A DNA stretch of 16,741 bases. Source: Azolla caroliniana. Taxonomy: Eukaryota; Plantae; Polypodiophyta. The stretch covers positions 1 to 16,741 of the forward strand of contig JBHGNT010000724.1 in the NCBI GenBank assembly GCA_043228905.1, read 5' to 3'. Position 1 is the first letter of the stretch. The number at the start of each line of letters is the position of its first letter. A program made the translations under genes and the position numbers. Of the stretch, positions 1 through 9,240 are shown one piece after another. A model generated the notes under the pieces. That model had not been told where the DNA came from, did not search any database, and worked only from the letters and a program-made list of their open reading frames with translations.

Positions 1-15
1 ATGCAGCTGTTTTAC

Positions 16-144
16 CTTACTTGGAATGATCAGTTTGAGAGGGTATTTGGAAAATGATCGTATTGTTGCTGATTTTCCTGCAACATGTTCCACCTCGAAG
101 CATCCTGTAACTTGTGTGTTTGCAAATTCAGATTGATCTTCCAT
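16..144 (-). CDS. UreD: Urease accessory protein D, first coding exon (gene continues left of window)
   Basis: Manual translation gives MEDQSEFANTQVTGCFEVEHVAGKSATIRSFSKYPLKLIIPSK, then a GT donor (AAG|GTAAAA, phase 0). This resembles the plant UreD N-terminus as recalled (TGKVVVEKVGGRST...FSKYPLKFLLPSK). An in-frame upstream TAA at 165..163 fixes the ATG at 144. Confidence 0.88.
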
Positions 145-189
145 TTTATACAGTTGAGGCACTTATATGATGAATTTGAAGAAATTCCA

Positions 190-239
190 CTGTAAAGTTG
201 CCCATGTTTCTTAAGATCACAACATTAATGATTAGTTAG
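190..239 (-). other. Putative 3' splice acceptor and branch point of a UreD 5'-UTR intron
   Basis: The minus strand reads CTAACTAAT (branch-like, about 239..231) ... CTTTACAG|TGG, with AG at 191..190, 45 nt upstream of the ATG. Confidence 0.55.
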
Positions 240-1804
240 TTACAAACTCATATACTTGTTCACATATCTCAGCAACTTCATGAAGGCAAAAATACAAAAG
301 AACATAACACATACAATTAGTTATTTGCAAGAATTCAAATACTTGTGACATATCTGGTATAACTTCCACATTTCTCGTACCATGTTTGTCTGAAAATTTT
401 GGAGAGACATCAAAGATATCAGAAAATAAGAGACCTCAAGAAAGAAAGAAAAATACACTAATGTCATTTTAAGAACACCAAATGGCATATGCGACTGATT
501 GAGAGATTACATCTTAAGTGTTTTCTAATCTTTGAGAATGAGAAAACAAAATAAATTTAGCAAAATAGGTAAAACAGCTCATCATGCCGGATAAATTTGT
601 TAGCTAAGCACCACATTTTGAGCCTAGATAGACTGAAATTTTTGCCTCTTAAATATCTCCATAGTGGAAAGATCTCAGAAGTGAGATGTTAGGTGATTAT
701 GACTTCGACTTGTTGATATCAAGAATGTCAAGGCCATGGTCTAGGTGTGCATGATGAATTGTTGTTGCCCACTCTATTGTACCCCTTGTAGAGACCCTAT
801 TTCTGTAGCCCATTATTTATTTATAGCATAAAAAGGTGTGACAGAGCTAAAGAAAGTTGTGATACTTTATTTGTTTATGAGCTTTTTTGGCTGGATCAAT
901 GTCCTTGAACATTTCTCTGTGTCTCTTGATTTGCAGAAAGAACAGTCCCAAAAATCATTGGTCTTCATATTCCATTATTTTGTAGAATGTGTCAAAGCCT
1001 TGTTGGAAGACAAAATGATCTCCCCCCCTAATTTCATAACACAAATTACAATGGCAAACATAATGTTCCTTGTCCAATCCTCTACCTCTCTACTTTGTCC
1101 CCAATATATCTGATGGTGCCTCTTCTAACACTCTTAAATGACACTATAGACATGGTCATTCTCAACAAACACACCAATTCAGACAAACAGAAACCAGAAA
1201 TGGAGTCTTGGAATATCTGAAGGATGCAACATGGCAAGATATCAAGCACTTCATATACCAAGTCAAAAGTCCAAAAGAAATGGTGTTCCTTACCTTATGC
1301 ACACTGATATTTATAAACCCATGCCAACCCTTTCACTCATAGGATCTTTGTATTTCCTTAATTTTTTGGAGAATTACTCACAGATCAATATTGTGACCTT
1401 TCTCAAAAAATAAACTTGTTCTGCTGAATTGCCTAAAAACATATTCTTTATACAACTAATCCACTAAAATGATAAAGCTGAGAAGAAAATTAGATTTTTT
1501 ATGGAATTTGCATGTTCACTGAAGAAAAACTGTAGAAGTGCTCAATTCATGTTGGAAGTAAATCGTACCCACAATATTCTACTTCCATATTCCAAACTCT
1601 TTATTAGGCATACCTATCATTTCACACTTCACAGTTTTGGATGAAAACTTTCTTGTTATATTCCTAAGGGAAACAGAGACAACTTCGATAGACAAAGCAA
1701 AAACATATCTGTTCAGCATAAAGTGCTACTAGTTTTACAATCCCTTCACTAATCATTTCGGATTTTGTGGGACCTGAATTTTTTATGAAATGTCCCTAAT
1801 CTCG

Positions 1805-1858
1805 TCTCCATGTAGCTTTACCTCTCCATGTAACTTTAATTTTCCATGTAGCTTTACC
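1805..1858 (+). repeat. 18-bp tandem repeat x3
   Basis: tctccatgtagctttacc / tctccatgtaactttaat / tttccatgtagctttacc. Confidence 0.9.
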
Positions 1859-2364
1859 TCTTTAAGATCCCCAAACAGTGCTACAGATCCCTTAGGTGAA
1901 AAGTATGATGTTACCAAACATCTCCATCTTATCAACCAGCCAATTATTCTAGCTGTTGAAATGCTTCCTTAATGCAACCTCTCATCATAAATCTTGCCTA
2001 GAAATGGGTATTTCTGTTTCGAGCCTAGATTGCACAGTTCCAAAAGAATAGCCTCGAAGAAAACTCCAAAAAGAAGGGGTTTTGCTTATGTGTTCATACT
2101 GTTTGACATATATAATGCTTTGTGAAACAACTATGCCTCCAATGACGAAGACAGAAGCAAAAAAATGGCTCCACACTTAACTGCAACAGCTCAAACAACT
2201 CGTTAAAGACTGTGGATTCCATAAAACTTCCATAATATTGAGAATTAAGTAGCATTTTTCTGAGATCTGACCGCTGAATAGGTATTCAATTTCACACTAC
2301 TTTGGTCAAAGTTCCAACACAGATGGGATTCACTTACCACACCATATTTGAGCTGAGCATATGC

Positions 2365-2690
2365 AATCAATCTTGCTTTGCATTGATCAATACTCCAAAG
2401 CAAATGGAATAACACTAACCGAGAGAAATTTGAACTCCACGTGCATAAAAAAATCTTGAATCATGTTGATCAATAGTCTAAAGCAAAAGGAAAACACTAA
2501 TGACAGGAAATTTGAGATCTACATGAATAATCAATATTGCATTGATCAACACTTCAAAGCAAAATGAAAACACTAACCACATGAAATTTCAACATACATA
2601 ATCAATCTGACATCACTTTGATAGATAACAATATCACTTCAGATAGATAATAAATCTTGCATCACATAGATCAATACTCAAAAGAACAAA
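2365..2690. repeat. Degenerate ~80-bp tandem repeat (3 full copies + 1 partial)
   Basis: The motif ttgatcaa-tact-caaagcaaa..gaaaacactaa..gaaattt recurs at 2383, 2466 and 2542, with a partial copy at about 2667. Confidence 0.8.
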
Positions 2691-2704
2691 GATAATTGAT
2701 AAAT

Positions 2705-2769
2705 ATATTGATTATAAGTCATCATGTCTCAAGGATCATATTGATTATAAGTCCTCATGTCTCAAGGAT
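2705..2769 (+). repeat. 33-bp-period tandem duplication
   Basis: atattgattataagtc(a/c)tcatgtctcaaggat occurs twice with one substitution. Confidence 0.95.
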
Positions 2770-3069
2770 TTCAGCAAAGAAATGATGGGGGATCTTGAAA
2801 TTTCGACATCATTGGAACTCCAATTACCAAATCAAGTTGATGATTTCTTAACAAAGATTGCACCTAGTCCCAACTGTTTAAGCAATGTTCCAAATCTACT
2901 GGTCTCAAAACAAAATAGAAATCACAGTTCTTTTAACTCACAAAAGTTTATTCATTTGGTACGCGCTTCATCACAAAATTTATGCAATCAATTGAAATTA
3001 AGTTTAAACAGATTCTTTTCTCACAATTTATCCACTTTAGATAGTGCCCACTTCATGTATCATCCATGC

Positions 3070-3239
3070 AAAACACCAAAATATCACTAATTTGTTGGGT
3101 ATTTACCAGAATACTCCTAAGTAATGAATATTTGACAGAATACCCTTCTTCAGTACACAAAAGTTTACTACTAGTGATGGTTGTTCTGGTAAATCTTCGG
3201 GGTATTGCAGTAAATATCTAACAAAAAGATAGGTGTTTT
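3070..3239. mobile_element. MITE-like foldback element with imperfect terminal inverted repeats
   Basis: 3091-3121 tttgttgggtatttaccagaatactcctaag matches the reverse complement of 3195-3225 (tttgttagatatttactgcaataccccgaag) at 24/31. There is also an outer aaaacacc...ggtgtttt pair. Confidence 0.6.
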
Positions 3240-4599
3240 CCTCTAAAATTAAAGCTCAGCTCAAGATATGAAGCTAAATTTAGGGAGTGTACATGAAAAA
3301 TGCATCCTTTTTTATCTAATTATCTAAGTTAGATTTTATTTTTTCGAACATACCTCATAAGAAGATCTTAAGATCCACGATCTACTGAACGACAGTTACT
3401 TCTTTCCGACAACCGTCATGATCTTATCATCTGGCATACAAGTAGTATCTATCTGAGTCTTATAGATCCCCTCTATATATTCATAGTCACCTCTTGTATG
3501 ATAAGAGAGAGGATTGGTGGGGGAGGGGTGGATGTGGATGTGTATATTTATGTGGATGTGGTACCATGGCTCATAAATGAGATCTACTGCTGCTACAAAT
3601 TGCCGTGTGGAGATTGACCTTTTTCCGAGATCTTGAAATTGTGCATTGGGCACCATTTTCCGAGTAACTTCGGACATTATATGGGGATGCCAGATTGTCC
3701 ATGTATGTAACTACGGACATTGTATCCCTAGGGATGCACACACTCCATCCGAATGAAGTGCTCACAGAAGTCGTGTTTCCCCACTCGAAATAAAGAGGGG
3801 ACAAAGTTGTTGGTACTTGTTTTTCCTAGAAACCGCATGTTTTTGTAACATGTATGAGGTTTTGCTCCATTATTTCGAAATAAGCTTGAAAAACATGCCA
3901 AGGCCTTTTCAAATTCTATGCTCGTGGCAATTCAGTACTTTCAATATAGTCGACAAAAGGATTTTGGAGAGATGAAAAGTGTTTTATGGAGAAGGAAAAG
4001 GGCTTATAATGATTAAAGGGGCGTAGAGAGAGGGAAAGGACTTAGAGAGATGAAAAAGGGGTTCAAAAAGGATGACAAGGAGTTGTATAGATAGAGATGG
4101 TTAAGGTTAGGGTTTTAACGAGTCCATTGGACAAAATAGGCATTGTTGGATAGGGAGCATGAAATTTGTCCAAATAGCCAAAAGTGCTTCTCAAACCTTC
4201 TGCCAGGAAATCTATGAGAAAGAGATGCACTTAGTCTCTGTACAAATGTTGTAGTGAATGAGCAAGTCCATAATAAGTGTGGGATTGTTTCCAATCGTCC
4301 ACCACATCGTGCACAATGTGACGAGGCTATCGATCACTTTTAAAGATTTGACCCAGTCAAGAGCACACCCAATAGGCATCTCCATAGGAATACATGTTGC
4401 ACACAAATAGCTAGAATATCATTCTAATCCAAGAAATTACTTAGCTAAACATTAATGTTTGTAAAACCCACCTCATCTTTTTTTATTTGTTGTTTTAGTA
4501 GCGAAGGCACTATTTGCTTCTCCTTCCCTCGTTTCACCACAATATTAGAAAGAATTGAGGTAGATACCGGAGGTATCAGCCAATTTGAAAAAAAATCGT

Positions 4600-5810
4600 A
4601 AGTGTAAGACCATAGCTCCATAAGCTTGTAAGCCTATTTTTCCATTAGGACTATGTTTTTTGTAGGTGCCATAATGCATTTGCATGTTCTTGAAACCAAG
4701 AGGCAGGTTGCAACAACATATATACTGAATGTGTTGTAATCTTATCCATTGGAATTACGATGTTGCCTTTTTGTAACATCCAGTCCTGAATCTTGTGATC
4801 TCCATCTAGAGGTGGCACATGTACTAAAGAAAGTACCAACTCTATGACTTGTTTTAGATAACTCGATGATGTGGCCCAAGACTATAACAACACGTCATGT
4901 CATTGAAGCCTAATAGGTGACCTTGGTCATTTACAACATCTGAAATTGATTTCAGCCGATTCTTTGCTAAAAAATAAGATTTTCTAGGCTCTTGTTCAGT
5001 TAGTGATAGTGGGAATATAACACTCCAATGTAAGCTTTTGAGGCGTAAAGAGTTCTCTAATTTTGAATTCTTGCCTCTCCATTTTATGCGGTGTAATACT
5101 TCCTTCAAGTGCTTTAGAAGCTTTGAGCTAAATGGACATCCTTTGATGTGTTCGTCAAGTTTTCCAAACACTACATCCCAATTGTTAGTATCCCATGAGC
5201 CAAATGAGTGAGTTTTCAAATGATCAAACATATCTTATAGCATTCTTGCCCAAGGCAGTGTTTCTTCATCAAATTTTGGTAGTAATGTTGCTTTTCTAGC
5301 CAACATATGCAGCTGCAATTTTAGAATATTTAGTCCTCATAGTCGTGGAGTGCTGCATATCTTCTCTTGTGATAGGAGTCGTACACCTTTACACGATTGC
5401 TTAGAGCACCAAAAGTTTCTTATGATTTTTGAGTTAATCTTTTGTACCATGTGTTTCAGCCAATCAATCATAATTAAGTGTTACTCCATGTAAGCCATTA
5501 ATATAGATTGCACTATCCTCAATCGGACATGAAGCGGCCATGTTGCAGTCTTCCAATAGCTTAGCTTTTATCTCACTTTTTGCAGAACTCATTCAACCTT
5601 TCCTTTCCCAGTTGCATTCCATCCCAATGGATATCCAAGATGTCTAACCATTTCATTTGGGCTAACGACTTGGCATGGCCACAAAAGTTGATGCAGTTGG
5701 TTTCAATCAAAGACCTTTTATTATTGCATGCCATCCAAATGGTCCCAAGAGTGCCCATTAAGCAATCCCTCAGACAATCCCTATTCGATTGTCTACAACT
5801 TAGAGACATG
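4600..5810 (-). mobile_element. Decayed L1-clade LINE ORF2 fragment (post-RT region)
   Basis: Minus-strand translation across stops and shifts gives WKTATWPLHVRLRIVQSIL...IIRNFW...VRLLSQEKICSTPRL*GLNILKL...LARKATLL...LPWARML, continuing into ORF 5231..4854. It follows the plant L1 pattern W..LS..GRL.LI.SVL...R.FLW...LVSW..VC.PK..GGLGI. Boundaries are approximate. Confidence 0.7.
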
Positions 5811-5874
5811 ACGCTACAAATTTACACTCTTTATTTTGAGTGATTCTAAGATCTTTAGTGTCTAATCGACAAAG

Positions 5875-5996
5875 AAAACCGTTAGACCGTTTAAACCGCG
5901 GTTTCTGACTGCCAAACCGAACCGAACCGTTAAAAAAAATCTAAACCCGAAACAAACCGTTTATACCGTTAAGCCGCGGTTTCACGGTTCGGTTCC
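5875..5996. promoter_or_regulatory. AACCG/ACCGTT motif cluster upstream of TK (MYB/MSA-core-like sites or transposon subterminal repeats)
   Basis: ACCGTT occurs at 5878, 5886, 5926, 5956 and 5965, with two CCGCGG sites, AACCGAACCGAACCG and an inverted CGGTTCGGTT. It is a CpG-rich patch in CpG-poor surroundings, about 210-330 bp upstream of the ATG. Confidence 0.45.
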
Positions 5997-6038
5997 GATG
6001 CCGATTGTTATATCATACATACATATAATGTATATGTA

Positions 6039-6051
6039 TAGATAGAGATAG

Positions 6052-6084
<33 letters not shown>
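6039..6084. repeat. (GATA)n microsatellite
   Basis: (GATA)8 at 6053-6084, preceded by GATAGA units. Confidence 0.95.
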
Positions 6085-6202
6085 TACATAATTAGTTTAG
6101 TTACCCCCTTCCCCTGTTCTTTTGCCTCCTTCGTCTTCGTGTTTCCCTCTTCCTCTCTGTCTTTTCCAACACTATATTCCTTTTGCTTCTTGCTAACAAA
6201 TT

Positions 6203-6585
6203 ATGCAAAGGGTCTGTTGCTTCCACAGGGATGCCCTCATGTTCAGCAGAGCCCTCCATGGAGAGCTCTCTGCCTCCCGTGCTACCAACAAAAGGATGAG
6301 GTACTGGAATGCTCTGCTCTTCCCTCGCAGCCAGGGCTTCATCAGGAGGCGCTCATTCCAACTTGAAGCTACGCTCAATGTACACGACACAGAATTAGCT
6401 CATCATGACAAACAGCAACATCACCACAAGCAGCTGAAAAAAATAGAAGAAGAAGAAGAAGAAGAAGAAGCAGCAGCAGCAACAGCTGTAATCCATGGCA
6501 GCATTCATCTGATCATCGGTCCCATGTTTGCTGGCAAGACCACTGCCCTCCTTAAAAGAGTACAAGCAGAATCAAACAATGGAAG
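6203..6585 (+). CDS. TK1: Thymidine kinase exon 1 (N-terminal extension and P-loop)
   Basis: [19 protein letters not shown] is the TK1 P-loop. Donor AG|GTATA at 6586 (phase 2). Confidence 0.93.
6446..6481 (+). repeat. Coding trinucleotide repeats (GAA)8(GCA)4 encoding E8A4
   Basis: Read directly from exon 1. Confidence 0.95.
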
Positions 6586-6676
6586 GTATACATTCTTTAC
6601 CCCCCCCAGGTTTTTTATTATTTTAATTTTGGTTCTACTTATTCATTATTATTTACTCCGCATTTTCCGTTTGGAT

Positions 6677-6751
6677 TGTGTGTGTGTGTATATATATGTG
6701 TGTGTGTGTGTGTGTATGTATGTATATATATGTATGTATATGTATATGTAT
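6677..6751. repeat. Compound (TG)/(TA)/(TATG) microsatellite in TK intron 1
   Basis: Read directly from the sequence. Confidence 0.92.
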
Positions 6752-6995
6752 ACGCATCTGTAATCTGTATGTATGTATGGTGTGCATGTAATTGTGTATA
6801 ATGTATCGTGTGTGATTCTATTTGTGTATGTGCATTTGTATCACCTATTCTAATGTCTTGTGCTGTTTGATCTGTAATTGCTTAGGTTGCTTCCTTGGAG
6901 TAATATATGGTTTTTGAAGGTTGAAACAACAAATCATCACATGATTTTGAGTTTTGAGACATGGTTGTTGATACCGTGGTTTTTATATTTTGCAG

Positions 6996-7140
6996 AAGAG
7001 TTGCAATGGTAAAGTCAAGCAAAGATACAAGGTATGCATCAACTGCCATAGTTTCTCATGATAACATGCAAATGCCATGTTGGTCGGTGCCATCGTTAGC
7101 GAGTTTCCGGTCCCAAATAGGTGAAGCTGCCTATTCTAAG
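6996..7140 (+). CDS. TK1: Thymidine kinase exon 2
   Basis: Acceptor TTTTGCAG at 6995. Encodes [22 protein letters not shown]...AAYSK. Donor AAG|GTATGT. Phase is consistent with exon 1. Confidence 0.95.
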
Positions 7141-7256
7141 GTATGTACCTTTTTGTGCTTCTATTACTAATGTATTGTTGTAAATGTGGACTGGTGCACC
7201 CTGGAAAGAATAAAAAATTAAAAAAAATTATGATTTGTTTTTTACTGTTTTGGCAG

Positions 7257-7378
7257 TTGGATGTCATAGGAATTGATGAAGCTCAGTTTCTCACGGATCT
7301 TGTCAGCTTTTGTCAATTTGCTGCTGATTATGAGGGCAAAACCCTTATTATTGCCGGCTTGGATGGTGATTTCTTGAG
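7257..7378 (+). CDS. TK1: Thymidine kinase exon 3
   Basis: Acceptor TTTTGGCAG. Encodes [11 protein letters not shown]...[11 protein letters not shown] (DEAQF catalytic motif). Donor AG|GTTT (phase 2). Confidence 0.96.
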
Positions 7379-7495
7379 GTTTCTCTCTTTCTCTCTCTGG
7401 TTCTTATGATATTGTATTCTCTCTCGGTTTTGTGGACCATTTTGGTGTCTTTAGTAAAATCTTTTAGATGTTTATTGAGAGTTTTCATGTTTTAC

Positions 7496-7718
7496 TACCA
7501 TATCATTTGCACCGTTTCTTGAGAGTTTGGAACTGAGTATTTATATGTTTATAACCTTATCATTTGCAGTTTCTCGTGAGTTTCTAACCATATCATTTGC
7601 ATATCTCTTTAGGGTATTTAACCATCGCATTTGCATATTTCTCTTTATGCTTCATAACCATGCCGTTTGCATATTTCTTCTTGAGAGTTCATGTGATCAT
7701 ATCATTTGCATTATTTTT
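7496..7718. repeat. Degenerate ~32-55-bp-period repeat (6 cores) in TK intron 3
   Basis: The core (t)aaccatatcatttgcat and its variants recur six times, several followed by ttgagagttt-like sequence. Confidence 0.8.
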
Positions 7719-7873
7719 CAAGGTTGATCTTCCTTGTCGCATCCTAAAATTTTGGTGTCTTTTTGCCTTAAATATGCCTTGAACTCGATTGTTTGTTTCA
7801 TGAAGCCAATGAATCAAACTTCTTTTTTTATTCTTATGACACTGTTTAACATGTGAGCTAAAAACTTATTCAG

Positions 7874-8120
7874 GAATAGATTTGGATCGGTTCTGGATCT
7901 GATACCAGTTGCTGATAGTGTTGTCAAGTTATCGGCAAATTGCGAATTGTGTGGGAAACCTGCATGCTTTACATTTAGGAAAAGTGATGAGAGGCGAAAA
8001 GAATTGATTGGTGGTGCAGACACCTATATGCCTGTTTGTCGACGACATTATTTTAGCGGGAAGATTGCCATGGAAACTGCTCAAACAGTCTTGGGTGCTC
8101 ACAAACTTCCAGTGATTTGA
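7874..8120 (+). CDS. TK1: Thymidine kinase exon 4 (Zn-binding lasso domain, stop)
   Basis: Acceptor TTCAG at 7873. Encodes [62 protein letters not shown]...PVI*. The spliced CDS is 383+145+122+247 = 897 nt, or 298 aa plus stop. It is absent from the ORF track on the plus strand. Confidence 0.96.
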
Positions 8121-8179
8121 TTAATGATAACCGAGTTTGTTCATGAACCGTCGGTAAGTGATGGGATGAGTATTATATG

Positions 8180-8735
8180 ATTCGTGAACCTTGGTCCATC
8201 TTCGGCTGTTATGGAATGAAATTTATTCATGAATCTTGGTCCATCTTCAGTTGAAATGGAATGAGAATGTGATTCATGAACCTCGGACTTGGTCCATCTT
8301 TGGTTGTAATGGAAAGAAATTGATTCATTAACCTTGGTCCATCTTCAGTTGAAATGGAAAGAAATTTATTCATGAACCTTGGTCCATCATCAGTTGAAAT
8401 GGAATGAAAATGTGATTCATGAAGCTCGGTCTTGGTCCATCTTTGATAGTCATGGAATGAATATGCAATTCATGAACCTTGGTCCTGTGTCCATCATCTG
8501 TAGTCATAGAATGAATATGTCACTCATGAACCGTGGTCCGTGGTTCATCTTTAGCAGTAGTGGAATGGATATAGGACTCATGAACTTTGGTCCATCTTTG
8601 GTAGTGATGGAATGAATGTGTAATTCATGGATGTTGGTCCATCTTCTGTAGTACTTGAATGAACACGTTATACACATACCTTGGTTCATCTTTGGTAGTA
8701 ATGGAATGAATATGTGATGTGTTAACCTTGGTCCA
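8180..8735 (+). repeat. Minisatellite array, 11 full + 1 partial units of 45-54 bp, in the probable TK 3' UTR
   Basis: Consensus ATTCATGAACCTTGGTCCATCTTYRGTWGWAATGGAATGAAWATGTG. Unit starts are 8180, 8225, 8272, 8323, 8368, 8415, 8468, 8522, 8576, 8623, 8670 and 8717, with an extra degenerate unit at about 8139. Confidence 0.95.
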
Positions 8736-9240
8736 ACCTGCGCACTTGCGCTGGATTTTCCCTCATAATCTCTATGATTTTTATTATTTCTTATGAAGAT
8801 ATGTCCAAGTTTTGACTATACACTCATGTTTGAATGTTTCTCATGAAAAATTTCATGAGCTTTTACTACACTTTTATTGGGTAGTTTCTAATGAATATGG
8901 AATGTGTAAAGAATGGCGCAAAGCTAGCCTAACTCTTAAGCGTCTATGGTAAAGTGTTGCAAGACACGAGGAACAAGTAGTTTGTAAGTTTCTATCCATT
9001 GAAATTTGTCTAAGTAGCCTTAATGAGGACATGGACAAAAATGTAAACAGAAAAATGTGTCGTAAGTTGTGTCCTACAGAACACTAATACACAAAGCTAC
9101 ATTGTTTCCAAAGTTTATGTAATGCAGTACTAATAAGATAGTGTGGATGTTAGTAGAGATGCAACATAGAGGATCATCTCTTATACATACAATTGCTGAA
9201 TTTGTTGATCTTTAACAAAGATATTGAAAATAACCAAATT

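Larger units (their letters stand above)
1138..2860 (+). mobile_element. Highly decayed Ty1/Copia pol remnant (pre-integrase, integrase, RNase H end)
   Basis: Degenerate motifs occur in Copia order: HYRHGH and ISEGCNM (pre-integrase); LMHTDIYKPMPTLSLIGSLYFLNFLENYS..VTFLKK; NDKAEKKIRFFMEFACSL (cf. NGVAERKNRTLMEMARSL); LHSFG*..YIPKGNRDNFD; and at 2737-2856 HIDYK...LKD...GDLEI...NQVDDFLTK (RNase H C-terminus). There are many stops and frameshifts, and most of RT is missing. Confidence 0.8.

Noticed and set aside
687-900. Possible 5' LTR of the Copia relic (TGTTAG start, TATA-like tract)
   Set aside because: No recognisable PBS and no second copy in the window.
3278-3850. Possible LTR (PPT-like TTTAGGGAG then TGT at 3288; TGTAACA at 3850; TATA-like near 3470)
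   Set aside because: There is no matching TSD or partner LTR, and the orientation cues conflict.
838-4406. Short ORFs 838..1113, 1985..2176, 3396..3677, 3571..3804 and 4212..4406 as genes
   Set aside because: No recognisable domains or coherent splice structure. They are consistent with chance ORFs in decayed TE sequence.
6586-6763. Hydrophobic C-terminal tail of ORF 6203..6763
   Set aside because: It is read-through into intron 1 (T-rich and TG/TA microsatellite). The TK frame resumes at 6996.
7586-7711. ATTTGCAT octamer (Oct/POU) sites
   Set aside because: POU factors are animal-specific, and here the motif is simply part of the intronic repeat.
8379-8689. ORFs 8379..8615 (+) and 8504..8689 (-) as peptides
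   Set aside because: They are by-products of the repeat. Unit lengths of 47 and 53 bp do not preserve frame.
8180-8735. CRISPR-like array
   Set aside because: The variable parts are homologous to each other rather than unique spacers, the context is a eukaryotic intron-containing gene, and there are no cas genes.
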